IMG/VR virus record: IMGVR_UViG_2778261540_000003 | Reading direction: 5' to 3' (one strand) | DNA length: 64,000 bases | DNA from: a virus | Lineage: Duplodnaviria; Heunggongvirae; Uroviricota; Caudoviricetes | Part shown: positions 55,017 to 64,000 of the stretch, in pieces | How positions within the stretch are numbered: the first letter of the stretch is position 1 | Layout: the number at the start of each line of letters is the position of its first letter | Program-made: the position numbers and the translations under genes | Notes under the pieces: model-generated | The model's database searches: none | What the model saw: only the letters and a program-made list of their open reading frames with translations | What the model was told of the DNA's origin: nothing

Positions 55017-57993
55017 TATTTAGCTCCTTTGCCACACCTAATAACAGTTCCAGCAATCCGTCACCATTCATCAGTGATGCGGCAGCGGCCTCTTTGTCAT
55101 GATACAACTGAAGAGCCATAGAGAATACTTCCGTTGCTGACGTTTTGGAAATGGTCGGTGATTTCTGCCGAATTTTCCCGGAGTTACTCACTGAGACTGG
55201 CGGGTATACCTTCGCCATATAAATATTACTCAATCGAGATCTGAAGCACCATTCAGGCTTGCCACGCCCACCGATATTAACGAAAGATGGCTTATCCCCT
55301 TCAACATTGGCCTTCAGGAATGACCGGGCTTTCTCTAACAAACCAGGGTTACTGTACTCAAGATGATGACCCAGCTCGTGCCACAGTGCACTTGCATTTT
55401 CATCGTTCAAATTGACAGCAACAACACCATTAAGATTTGCATATGCCCTTCCCTTGTGGTGAACCACCTTTGATAAGGTCGAAATTTTACCGCCGGTCAG
55501 GCGATAAATATCAGCAAGTTCCTTGCGCAGGTCTATCCCACCATTCTGTCCAGCGCGGGCTTCTTCCACTTCTTCCGTGATAAAAGAGTCGGCCCACTCA
55601 AGAGCTTTTTCTTCAGATACGGATGAGTTTGCGATCGCACTGTTCATGGCAGATAACACTTTCTCGTGGACCGAACCCATACTTCGCTGATTCATTTGCC
55701 AGCGTGTCTGCGGGTTGTATGAGAATCGCTTAAGTAGTTGGTCAAGCTGCTCAAGTTCTTCTTCACTGACATACTTTTTAGCCTCACCAATAATGCCAGG
55801 GAGAATATTGCCGTTAGGATTAAACGCTCGCGAAAGGAAGAGTTTCAGCGCCCCCATGCCCTCCGATGCTTCAATATCACCAATAACCCGGTTAACAATG
55901 GCCGCACTCTTCGGATTAGCATCCGCCAACGCCCTGGCTACAATTTGCAGGGACGATACGACCTCACGCTGCATATCAGTCCTGATCTCATCAATAAACT
56001 CTGGCGTTATGCCGTGCTCTTTAAGGATATCCCTGCCTTCCGCCGTTACCCCATCGATATCACCGACATGTTTATTAACCTGACTTTGCAATGCCTTAAA
56101 TGCCTTCAGAATTCCACGGGCATCATCAGCTTTACTAACGGCCTTCCTGAATGCTGGCAAGAAGTCTGAGTTAACCTCATTTTGTTGATCGGCCCACTGA
56201 ATGGAGGCTTCTTTCATCTCGTCCAGAGTCAGATCACCCAACGCGGTATGGTCTGTGAATATGAGCGACAACCTCTGAACCATTTCTGCCAATGGTGATG
56301 CCGAATGCGCCGCGCTAAGGAATGCTTTCACCCTGGTTGGGCGAATGGAAAACCAGTCAATAGCTGGTGGCATATCTCCGTTTTTTATCGCCTGCGCTAT
56401 CTCGTCAAAGCCATCGCGCCCAAGGGAGGATGCGTGATTTAACAATCCGCGAAGTAACGAATTGCTGATACCGAATAATCGGCACCATTTTTTCACGTCG
56501 GCAACAGGCATTCGAACAAAATGCGCAAGCACTTGTACAAGCTGTTCATCCTGGGGATCTGTGCGGGAAAGCAGCCTGATCAGATGAATAATGTCTTTGA
56601 TGCCGGATGCCCGATGTAATAGCAAACTGGTATACGGAGCAACACCGTTGTAACTACCGCCGGAAACGGACTCGAAAAGACCGCCGGATATCCCTTGCAT
56701 GCCTTCGTATTCCAGTTCCTGAGACACCTGGCGAAGGATATCCTGTAACGACACATCGCCGCCGCCAAACATATCCCCGAGCGCCTGGCCCTGGTGCTGT
56801 AACTCATCATTGATACGTTGCGCCATCAACTTAAAGGCGGTGGCCATACGCTTCGCGCTACGGTTATTCGCGACGATGAACAACGCGAGTGCTTTCACTT
56901 CCGGGGCCGTTTCGCTGAACATATCCCCCTGAGCAATAACATCGGTAATATGCTGGCCTGACTCCTTCGATTGCCTTACCAGGTCTACCGCATCTTTCAA
57001 TGCCGCCAGCGCCTTTTTATCGAGGCTATCCGCTGTCTCAATGCCATCAACAATAGTTGTCACAGCCTGCTTGTGCGCTTCTCCTGATAAAGCCTGCATC
57101 TGGACAAAATCATTGGCTGCCGCATTAAGCGCCGTCAGAACATTACGCATATCCGGATCAGGTTCTTCTGCAACCATCCTTACCAGGCGCGCATCCTTAT
57201 ATGCCTTGGCAAAGATCGCGTTTTGTATACGGTCAACAAGTTGCCGTGTTGGTCGCCCATCTTCAGTTACAAGGCCAGCCGCCTGTGTGGCACCAACTTG
57301 CGTCATGAATCCGCGAATAAACGCGTCATTACTGCGGCTAAGCAGATCTCCGCTTTCTGACGGGTTAAACAACGCCATCATCGCCGGTGTTATGCTGTCG
57401 GCATCAACAAAAGCCTTTTCACTGGCTGCCATTTCCTGGAGATCAGAAATATTTGAGTCCTTGGCAAACTGAACACGGTCAACCTTCGTTAACCGGCGGC
57501 GCACCAGTACCGGAGCCGTCATTGATTCAACCTTTTCAGGCCGTATGCCGAATTCGGTCGCATGTTCAATCAGGTACTCCCGATACCGATCCGCATTACC
57601 GTCCTGATAGGCTTTGATGATCCCCATGGTCCGTCCATTACCTGACTCAACGGCATTGTCCTCACCAATTATCGGCGCGCCATGGCTGGATAAACCGGAA
57701 TCAGTAAGCTGAGCAGGCCGCAAATCTTTGGATATCTGGTTAACCTGAAGAAGGCTGGATGCGCGGGTCCGGTCGCGCGGCTGAAGTTCCTGGGGATAGT
57801 CAGGATTAATTTTCCCATCCAGAGTATTGGATACCAAAAGAGCTGAGGCATCGACGATATCAAACGCTGTTTTTACCTCGTCTCCCTTCGCTGTCACCAC
57901 ATACGAAACCCGCCCATAATCGGGCAGGTTCTTTAGCAGCTCGATCAGCGTTTCTATGCTGGTGGCCATTACCACCTGATCGCTTAAGCTCAT
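55006..57993 (-). CDS. ddrB: DdrB-like large internal head protein (Dar system)
   Basis: 995 aa; size and operon position consistent with P1 ddrB (about 108 kDa) from memory. Confidence 0.55.
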   Translation of the reverse strand: MSLSDQVVMATSIETLIELLKNLPDYGRVSYVVTAKGDEVKTAFDIVDASALLVSNTLDGKINPDYPQELQPRDRTRASSLLQVNQISKDLRPAQLTDSGLSSHGAPIIGEDNAVESGNGRTMGIIKAYQDGNADRYREYLIEHATEFGIRPEKVESMTAPVLVRRRLTKVDRVQFAKDSNISDLQEMAASEKAFVDADSITPAMMALFNPSESGDLLSRSNDAFIRGFMTQVGATQAAGLVTEDGRPTRQLVDRIQNAIFAKAYKDARLVRMVAEEPDPDMRNVLTALNAAANDFVQMQALSGEAHKQAVTTIVDGIETADSLDKKALAALKDAVDLVRQSKESGQHITDVIAQGDMFSETAPEVKALALFIVANNRSAKRMATAFKLMAQRINDELQHQGQALGDMFGGGDVSLQDILRQVSQELEYEGMQGISGGLFESVSGGSYNGVAPYTSLLLHRASGIKDIIHLIRLLSRTDPQDEQLVQVLAHFVRMPVADVKKWCRLFGISNSLLRGLLNHASSLGRDGFDEIAQAIKNGDMPPAIDWFSIRPTRVKAFLSAAHSASPLAEMVQRLSLIFTDHTALGDLTLDEMKEASIQWADQQNEVNSDFLPAFRKAVSKADDARGILKAFKALQSQVNKHVGDIDGVTAEGRDILKEHGITPEFIDEIRTDMQREVVSSLQIVARALADANPKSAAIVNRVIGDIEASEGMGALKLFLSRAFNPNGNILPGIIGEAKKYVSEEELEQLDQLLKRFSYNPQTRWQMNQRSMGSVHEKVLSAMNSAIANSSVSEEKALEWADSFITEEVEEARAGQNGGIDLRKELADIYRLTGGKISTLSKVVHHKGRAYANLNGVVAVNLNDENASALWHELGHHLEYSNPGLLEKARSFLKANVEGDKPSFVNIGGRGKPEWCFRSRLSNIYMAKVYPPVSVSNSGKIRQKSPTISKTSATEVFSMALQLYHDKEAAAASLMNGDGLLELLLGVAKELNNAD

Positions 57994-58005
57994 CCCTGTT
58001 ACGCC

Positions 58006-58371
58006 TTATGCTGCCTCTTTAATGTTGGCGGCTATCCATGCCGCCGTGTGCTGTTTAACCTGGTCCAGGTCGATGTATGTGCCAACATATTGACTCAAGT
58101 CCTGCAAGGTACCGATAAATGCATCTGTGCTCTGATCGACGAATTTATCAGCCAGGAAATCAGCAACCAGTTTTGGCACACCATCATGTTCCGAAGGTTG
58201 TTTTTCATCGCCACTACCACCGCCGGACGCGCCGTACCCCATCTGTTGCATGATCTGGTCAATTTCATCGCTGATATCCAGCAACTCCATGCCACTCGCG
58301 GTGGCCGCTTTGGACATCAGAGCATCCAACTTATCGCTGAGATCCATTAACTCAATAGCTGATAGTGTCAT
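58006..58371 (-). CDS. ddrA: DdrA-like small acidic protein (Dar system)
   Basis: 121 aa; position between the darA and ddrB candidates. Confidence 0.5.
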   Translation of the reverse strand: MTLSAIELMDLSDKLDALMSKAATASGMELLDISDEIDQIMQQMGYGASGGGSGDEKQPSEHDGVPKLVADFLADKFVDQSTDAFIGTLQDLSQYVGTYIDLDQVKQHTAAWIAANIKEAA

Positions 58372-60287
58372 GCCGCTACCCCCGCTTTCTGGATTGCTAC
58401 CAACAGATCAGCCAGGTGGCGAGCTGCGCCGTTAACCAGCTCTTCGTTTTCCTCAAAACGTCCGGCAGCCTGAAGGGCTGCAATCGCTTCCCGGATATTG
58501 CCCCGGGCGTTACGGATCTCCGCCATGTCAGTGCTTTGCATATCCATTACGTTATTGAGATATTCAATGGCTTTATTAGCCTCTGCATCTGCTTCGCTAA
58601 CCGTTTCATCAGGCTGTGCCGGGGCCGGTTCTGGCTGAGTAATCTCACCGACTTCGGCCTGCAATGCATTGATCATGCTCTGCACCATTTTCTCGGTGCC
58701 AGCGCCCCCAGGAAACGCAATATTGGGGAAAGTTTTTTGAAACTGAGTTTTCAGCATTACGCGGAACTCGTCTGGTGAGCTGGTGGCCAGCTCCAGAGCT
58801 TTTTGTGCATATTTGCCAAACGGACCATTAGTAAGTGTCTTCGCCAGGAAGTCGAAAGAATCCTCGCGAGGCAATAACTTCAGGTCGTACTCACTCATTT
58901 GCTGATCAGAAAGCGGGGTATCGTAAGTAGCAATGCCGTAGCGTGCATATTCATAATACGGGTCACCTTCATCAGGGCGCGGCAGAATCGCTTTGTTACC
59001 TTCAGGTATTGCGCCAGGGGCCGCCGGACGCATTTGCAGGGCATATCGATATGCACCTACAGAGACTTCTGGTTCAGGCGAAGAGCTACCGGTATCCTCC
59101 GCTGGTTCAGGTTCGACGTTTTCCGGTTTATGTTCTTCTGGTTGGACCAGATATTCCGATACATTACCCGCTTTATAGGCTTTAAACAGCTTGCCGATCG
59201 CATCTGCCATGTCCACACCCTGTATGGATTTAGCCTTGATCATGTATACGCTGCCATCCGGATCGGTTAACTGGATATACCCTTCACCATCCCCAATGAA
59301 TTGCTTCATTGATGCACCATTACTGAGCGTCGCTTCCCCGTCCATATGCATACGATTTTTGATACTGGCAAGGCGATCCGTCAGCGCGCGAGAGTGCCCA
59401 CCAGTCATCCCCGCTGGAGCAATGGTATCGCGCCCACCAGTGCGATTGAGCTGATCAATCTCCGTCTGCAAACGCTCATTCTCTTCATAAAGAGAATCCG
59501 CTTCCGATGCAACAGCGTTAATTTTCTGCTCCAGATCTGCCTTCTGCCCTTCTACCGCTGCCACCTGATCCGCGAGGTCGCTCATGGCATCCTCTTTCTG
59601 GTCACTGTCAGCCTGTAGTTGGGTTATTTCATCAACAAGGGCTTTTTTCTTCTTCTGCGCACGCTGGAATTTTGCCGAGTTTTTCTCTGCAAGGTTGGCA
59701 AGTTTCATGGTGACCTGCGCCAGCGTCATATCACGTCCACTCATCGGAGCAACGGTGTGAGTAACGTCTTTTTTATTCAGTAAGAACTGGAAAGCAACCA
59801 GCGTATCGCTATTGGTGATCCGGTTTTCCGCTGTCGGGCTATGAAACAGAATGCTGATAGTCTGACCATCACTGAGCGGAATAATGGCTGGCAAGACCGG
59901 CAGCCCGTTAACGTTACGTGCCCGGCCAATTTCAGCGCCGCCGATCGCGCGCGCGCCGCTCTGGGCCACATCCCCCGTTTTATCACTCCCCGCAGAGATT
60001 CCGGTACCATTCAGCTTCTGGTTCAATGCCCGGACAAATGCCTGCATGGTCCGGTGTAACTGCAAACGAGTAGAACTAATCGCCTCCAGTAAATCCGTAG
60101 CACACCAGTGGATCGGCGTGTCATAGAAGAACGTAGCCTCGATTTCCTCCAGGGTGTTGGATTCCGTCATCAGATAGCGGTCCTCACCGGCCATTAATGC
60201 GCGATATTCATCATCAGTCACTGGCGGGGGAAGCACGTCAAGCCCAGGCTTGAGCGTCACCCCTTTATTGATATTGAACTGTTCCAT
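58368..60287 (-). CDS. darA: DarA-like antirestriction/head protein
   Basis: 639 aa; operon order lydA-lydB-hdf-darA-ddrA-ddrB as recalled for P1. Confidence 0.55.
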   Translation of the reverse strand: MEQFNINKGVTLKPGLDVLPPPVTDDEYRALMAGEDRYLMTESNTLEEIEATFFYDTPIHWCATDLLEAISSTRLQLHRTMQAFVRALNQKLNGTGISAGSDKTGDVAQSGARAIGGAEIGRARNVNGLPVLPAIIPLSDGQTISILFHSPTAENRITNSDTLVAFQFLLNKKDVTHTVAPMSGRDMTLAQVTMKLANLAEKNSAKFQRAQKKKKALVDEITQLQADSDQKEDAMSDLADQVAAVEGQKADLEQKINAVASEADSLYEENERLQTEIDQLNRTGGRDTIAPAGMTGGHSRALTDRLASIKNRMHMDGEATLSNGASMKQFIGDGEGYIQLTDPDGSVYMIKAKSIQGVDMADAIGKLFKAYKAGNVSEYLVQPEEHKPENVEPEPAEDTGSSSPEPEVSVGAYRYALQMRPAAPGAIPEGNKAILPRPDEGDPYYEYARYGIATYDTPLSDQQMSEYDLKLLPREDSFDFLAKTLTNGPFGKYAQKALELATSSPDEFRVMLKTQFQKTFPNIAFPGGAGTEKMVQSMINALQAEVGEITQPEPAPAQPDETVSEADAEANKAIEYLNNVMDMQSTDMAEIRNARGNIREAIAALQAAGRFEENEELVNGAARHLADLLVAIQKAGVAA

Positions 60288-60288
60288 G

Positions 60289-60900
60289 TTAATTTCCTGC
60301 TTTCAGTTGCTTAAGACGGCGTTTGAGTTCGCCATTTCGGGCCTTTTCGTTATTGAGTCGGCCTGTCTCCTTATCCAGCTTCGCCCGCAAATCAGTGATC
60401 TGCTGTTGATTGAAAGACACCGAGTTCTGAGCTGATTTATAAGCGGCAACCACCTGAGCATTCCGCTGTTTTGCTTCTTGCAGGCGCTGAAAGTTGGATT
60501 TAACTGCCGGTTTCTTGTCTACCGGATTGGCAACACGCTTCGCTTTGGCGATCAGTGATTTCTGGAATTTTGCGGAGTTTTTGCGAGCCGCCTGTCCCAT
60601 GACGGTACCAAGCGTCTTGATATCCGGCGACTGAGCGTTAGGAATAGCTTTTCCATTCAGTTTCACAGACGATATATCGCCAGTATCGTTTACCTGTATG
60701 GCAAGAATTTGTCCGTCGTTAAGAACCAGCTTTGCGGTTTTAACTTTAACGCCATCTTTCGTTGTTGCGCGGTTGCTGGAGTCAACCTCAATTACCGTAA
60801 CCCCGGTTTTATTGATCGCCGCGATAAGGGATTTCAGCCCCTTTTCATTAACCTGGTCAAAATCGACCGTTGCATACTTATTTTTCGTCATCTGACACAT
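60289..60900 (-). CDS. hdf: Hdf-like protein
   Basis: 203-aa basic protein upstream of the darA candidate. Confidence 0.45.
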   Translation of the reverse strand: MCQMTKNKYATVDFDQVNEKGLKSLIAAINKTGVTVIEVDSSNRATTKDGVKVKTAKLVLNDGQILAIQVNDTGDISSVKLNGKAIPNAQSPDIKTLGTVMGQAARKNSAKFQKSLIAKAKRVANPVDKKPAVKSNFQRLQEAKQRNAQVVAAYKSAQNSVSFNQQQITDLRAKLDKETGRLNNEKARNGELKRRLKQLKAGN

Positions 60901-61321
60901 CCTGTGCGAGATTTATTACGTAACTTCTGCGGATTTGCTGAGTAACAGGGAAAATCCGATACAACGGGTTAATGAACGAGTCGCCATGCGTAACCATGAC
61001 GTTGAAATGCCACAGTCGCTCTCCTTTACCCATATATTCAGTGGGTATGTACAACCATTCACTGTTTTCGCCCTGTTCAGCCGACGTCAGACAACGTTGT
61101 TCGCCTTCAATCACTGTCGTCGGCTTCTGAACATCGCGGATCCAATATCTGACCGTTGCGCCGCGCAAAAACGGGAATTTAGACCGGTATTTGAACGGCA
61201 CCCGGATGAAACCCGGTTTAATTTCCACATCACCAAGTTCTAAATGCGTGATGTCCTTGCGTTTTAGCAAATAGCGATCGGCTAAGGCTAACGCAAGAAC
61301 GCATACACCCCAGCCAATCAT
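60878..61321 (-). CDS. lydB: LydB-like antiholin
   Basis: 147 aa with an N-terminal hydrophobic segment, immediately downstream of the holin candidate. Confidence 0.45.
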   Translation of the reverse strand: MIGWGVCVLALALADRYLLKRKDITHLELGDVEIKPGFIRVPFKYRSKFPFLRGATVRYWIRDVQKPTTVIEGEQRCLTSAEQGENSEWLYIPTEYMGKGERLWHFNVMVTHGDSFINPLYRIFPVTQQIRRSYVINLAQDVSDDEK

Positions 61322-61647
61322 TTCCCGCCTCCCTTTTTCACCAAACTTGTAAGAACATTCAGAATGCTATCGATATTCACTCGTTTCATCCCTGAAATCA
61401 CCTCATGACCGTTATTGCTGGCTATCGTTACCATTAAGTACGTAATTGATAACTCCCAGCCCTCGTGTTGCCCCAATAGGTACGCCACCGCGCCAGCTGT
61501 CACTGCAACAAAGATCTCCGTAACCAATCCCAACAAATTGCCAGACTGGCGACCGTCTCGGACATCCATCAGGAACGTGCCTATCCCACCAATTACTGAA
61601 AGCAGGAGCGCAATAGCAACTGGAGCTAATTCCTGTGTGTCAAGCAC
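61318..61647 (-). CDS. lydA: LydA-like holin (three TM helices)
   Basis: 109 aa with three hydrophobic helices and a charged C-terminus. Confidence 0.55.
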   Translation of the reverse strand: MLDTQELAPVAIALLLSVIGGIGTFLMDVRDGRQSGNLLGLVTEIFVAVTAGAVAYLLGQHEGWELSITYLMVTIASNNGHEVISGMKRVNIDSILNVLTSLVKKGGGK

Positions 61648-61714
61648 AAGTTCCCTCCTACGTTGTCAGGAGGTAATGGTATGCAAAGTAACTTCTCAAC
61701 CGGTCATTTGTTGC

Positions 61715-61996
61715 TTAAGAGGCATTTCTATTGAGGTGCGAATCGATAATCCTTTGTAACTTTTCAAGAATGAGCCTGTTATTGATGCTGCAAATAATAG
61801 TCACGCAATTCTGAAGACTTTCATCCATACCCTTATATTCCGCGAAATACATGCCTATAAAGCCTGCAAGTACGGCAGCAATACACTCGGCCATCAATTG
61901 CCTGCATGACGCTTCGTAACGTTTTTCACGAACCCCATTCAGAAACGAATGCACCCCGCCAAGGATGGAGAGGAGCATTATTGTGAAATCACACAT
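61715..61996 (-). CDS. Holin-like small membrane protein
   Basis: 93 aa with two hydrophobic helices, upstream of lydA on the same strand. Confidence 0.4.
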   Translation of the reverse strand: MCDFTIMLLSILGGVHSFLNGVREKRYEASCRQLMAECIAAVLAGFIGMYFAEYKGMDESLQNCVTIICSINNRLILEKLQRIIDSHLNRNAS

Positions 61997-62123
61997 AACT
62001 ATTTCCTTAATAGTGAATTAAATATCATTGGGAAACGGTATGTACTTTGTGATTTCCACACATACTGGTTTTTGTTAATTAAAATCCGCAGCTTGCTATA
62101 AATAACGATAGTGAGCAGAAAAT

Positions 62124-62684
62124 ATGCTAATAGGCTATGTACGCGTATCAACAAATGAACAAAACACTGCTTTACAACGAAACGCTCTTGAAAGCGCAGG
62201 ATGTGAGCTAATTTTTGAGGACAAGGCGAGCGGCAAAAAGGCTGAACGCCCTGGGTTAAAAAAGGTTCTCCGTATGCTTTCCAGAGGTGACACCCTAGTC
62301 GTATGGAAGTTAGATCGTCTTGGGCGCAGCATGCGTCACTTAGTTGTGCTGGTGGAAGAGCTGCGTGACAGAGGCATTAACTTCCGGAGTCTCACTGACT
62401 CCATCGACACCAGTACACCAATGGGGCGCTTTTTCTTTCACGTAATGGGGGCGCTGGCAGAAATGGAACGTGAGCTTATCGTTGAACGTACACGCGCTGG
62501 ACTTGATGCAGCTCGCGCAGAAGGTCGTATAGGTGGACGTCGGCCTAAATACCAAGAAGAAACATGGCAGCAAATGCGGCGATTGCTCGAGAAGGGCATC
62601 CCCCGTAAGCAGGTTGCAATCATCTATGATGTGGCTGTTTCCACGCTTTATAAGAAGTTTCCGGCGTCATCATTTCAATCCTAA
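62124..62684 (+). CDS. cin: Cin serine invertase
   Basis: 186 aa Hin/Gin/Cin-family recombinase (MLIGYVRVSTNEQ catalytic Ser, C-terminal HTH). Confidence 0.9.
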   Translation: MLIGYVRVSTNEQNTALQRNALESAGCELIFEDKASGKKAERPGLKKVLRMLSRGDTLVVWKLDRLGRSMRHLVVLVEELRDRGINFRSLTDSIDTSTPMGRFFFHVMGALAEMERELIVERTRAGLDAARAEGRIGGRRPKYQEETWQQMRRLLEKGIPRKQVAIIYDVAVSTLYKKFPASSFQS

Positions 62685-64000
62685 ACCTTGGTTTAAGAGA
62701 ACTCGGTACCAGCGGTGAAAAGATCCCCCTGTTGAGCACGGCTAACACATGGAGTTCACGCCAGACTTTCAACGGCGGGATCACCGGGGCGCTGGCAGGG
62801 AATGCCGATACTGCAACGAAATTGAAAACAGCACGCTCGATTGGCGGTGTGGCATTTGATGGCTCGGCCAATATCAATCTTCCAGGTGTAAATACAACAG
62901 GTAACCAGAACACCACGGGGAATGCTGCTACCGCGACGAAACTTGCGACGGCAAGAAACATCAACGGTGTTAAATTTGATGGTTCTGTGGACATTTCGAT
63001 ACCAACAATTACGTCCAGAGGGCGTGTTACTGCGCTCACCGGTACAACACAAGGTGCTGCTACTGGATTGCAAATGTATGAGGCGTACAACAACGGCTAT
63101 CCTTCTGCTTACGGGAATGTGCTTCATCTTAAGGGCGCAACGGCAGTTGGTGAAGGTGAGTTGTTCATAGGTTGGAGCGGTACAAGTGGCGCTCATGCAC
63201 CTGTACATGTACGTTCGCGACGAGATACTGATACAGCCAGTTGGTCAGAGTGGGCGCAGGTCTACACATCGAAGGATTCCATCCCTGGTGTAAATACCAC
63301 GGGCAACCAGAACACAACCGGAAACGCGGCGTCTGCAACGAAATTACAAACGGCAAGAACTATTGGTGGTGTTTCATTTAATGGCACCGCAAACATCGAC
63401 CTGCCGGGCGTGAATAAAACAGGCAATCAGAGCACTACCGGCAATGCAGCTACAGCCACAAAACTGCAAACAGCACGCACCATTAATGGGGTTTCATTTG
63501 ACGGAACGGCTAATATTTCTCTGTCACCGGCAAATATTGGTTGCCCGGCATCTCCTACTGGTTGGCTTGAAACAGGTGATAATGGAGCATCAATAACAAC
63601 AGAGCAATTAGTGACTCTGCTACGAGATAATGGTGCTTTTAATGCAAAGGTATGGATAGCGCGTTGTGCCTGGGCGTATGCAATTAGTGCATCCATACCA
63701 GACAGCGAAACAGGATGCGGCATTATTCCACTGGCTGGCGCAGTTATAGAGGTATTTAATAATAGCAGTAGCACGAGTTATTTTACCATTCGTATAACAA
63801 CGGCAACGACGACAAGTGTATCTGGCGCACTCACTAATGCTGAATTTATCTATGTGTCTAATGGCACAAGTTATTCACCAGGATGGCGCAGAGCGTATAA
63901 CACTAAAAACAAACCTACTGCGGCTGATGTCGGAGCTTTACCACTATCTGGAGGAGCGTTAACTGGCGGATTAACTGCTGCTGGCGAGATTATTTCCAAA
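62654..64000 (+). CDS. Tail-fibre variable C-terminal segment (Sv-type), promoterless, partial
   Basis: Stop-free frame from the cix site to the window end with repeated GNQNTTGNAATATKLQTARTINGVSFDG motifs typical of Mu/P1 tail fibres; no start codon; not in the ORF track. Confidence 0.6.
62669..62696. other. cix crossover site (C-segment boundary)
   Basis: caatcctaaaccttggtttaagagaa with dyad aaacc..ggttt overlapping the cin stop codon. Confidence 0.6.

Noticed and set aside
62620-63774. Minus-strand ORFs (157, 150 and 115 aa) in the C segment
   Set aside because: They are antisense to the much longer stop-free tail-fibre frame with clear repeat motifs.

Overview
This window reads as about 64 kb of a P1/P7-like temperate phage-plasmid of Enterobacteriaceae. 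All assignments are from reading the sequence and translated ORFs against remembered protein families; no searches were run. Recognisable backbone, in order: a tRNA cluster (Asn-GTT, Thr-TGT, CAT) with extra structured repeats; ban (DnaB-like helicase); a minus-strand baseplate/virion block; a long run of small accessory genes (VRR-NUC nuclease, GT42/DUF115-like glycosyltransferase paralogs, lambda-type Ser/Thr phosphatase, Ead/Ea22-like and DUF551-like proteins, theta-subunit homolog); a LexA box with humD; phd-doc; pacA (with internal pac site) and pacB; c1 and coi; loxP and cre; ref; a complete Tn3-family transposon (tnpA, res, tnpR, blaTEM-1) with 5-bp target duplication inside a mat-like gene; darB with two small downstream genes; portal, head protease, SAR endolysin and ssb; the darA operon and holins; cin with a cix site and a promoterless tail-fibre variable segment running off the window. 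At least 12 copies of a C1-operator-like 17-mer are scattered through it. The best candidate for something undescribed is a single AT-rich gene (39714-40754, minus) sitting between the mat-like gene and the lxc/ulx/darB block, where P1 as I recall it carries its type III res/mod genes; it has NDP and MWxHYA motifs that I recall as DUF2971-like. Other items worth a second look are a PacB terminase paralog with degenerate Walker A/B motifs, the overlapping glycosyltransferase-like paralogs, an AT-rich two-gene islet, and a repeat family of structured non-coding elements in the tRNA cluster.
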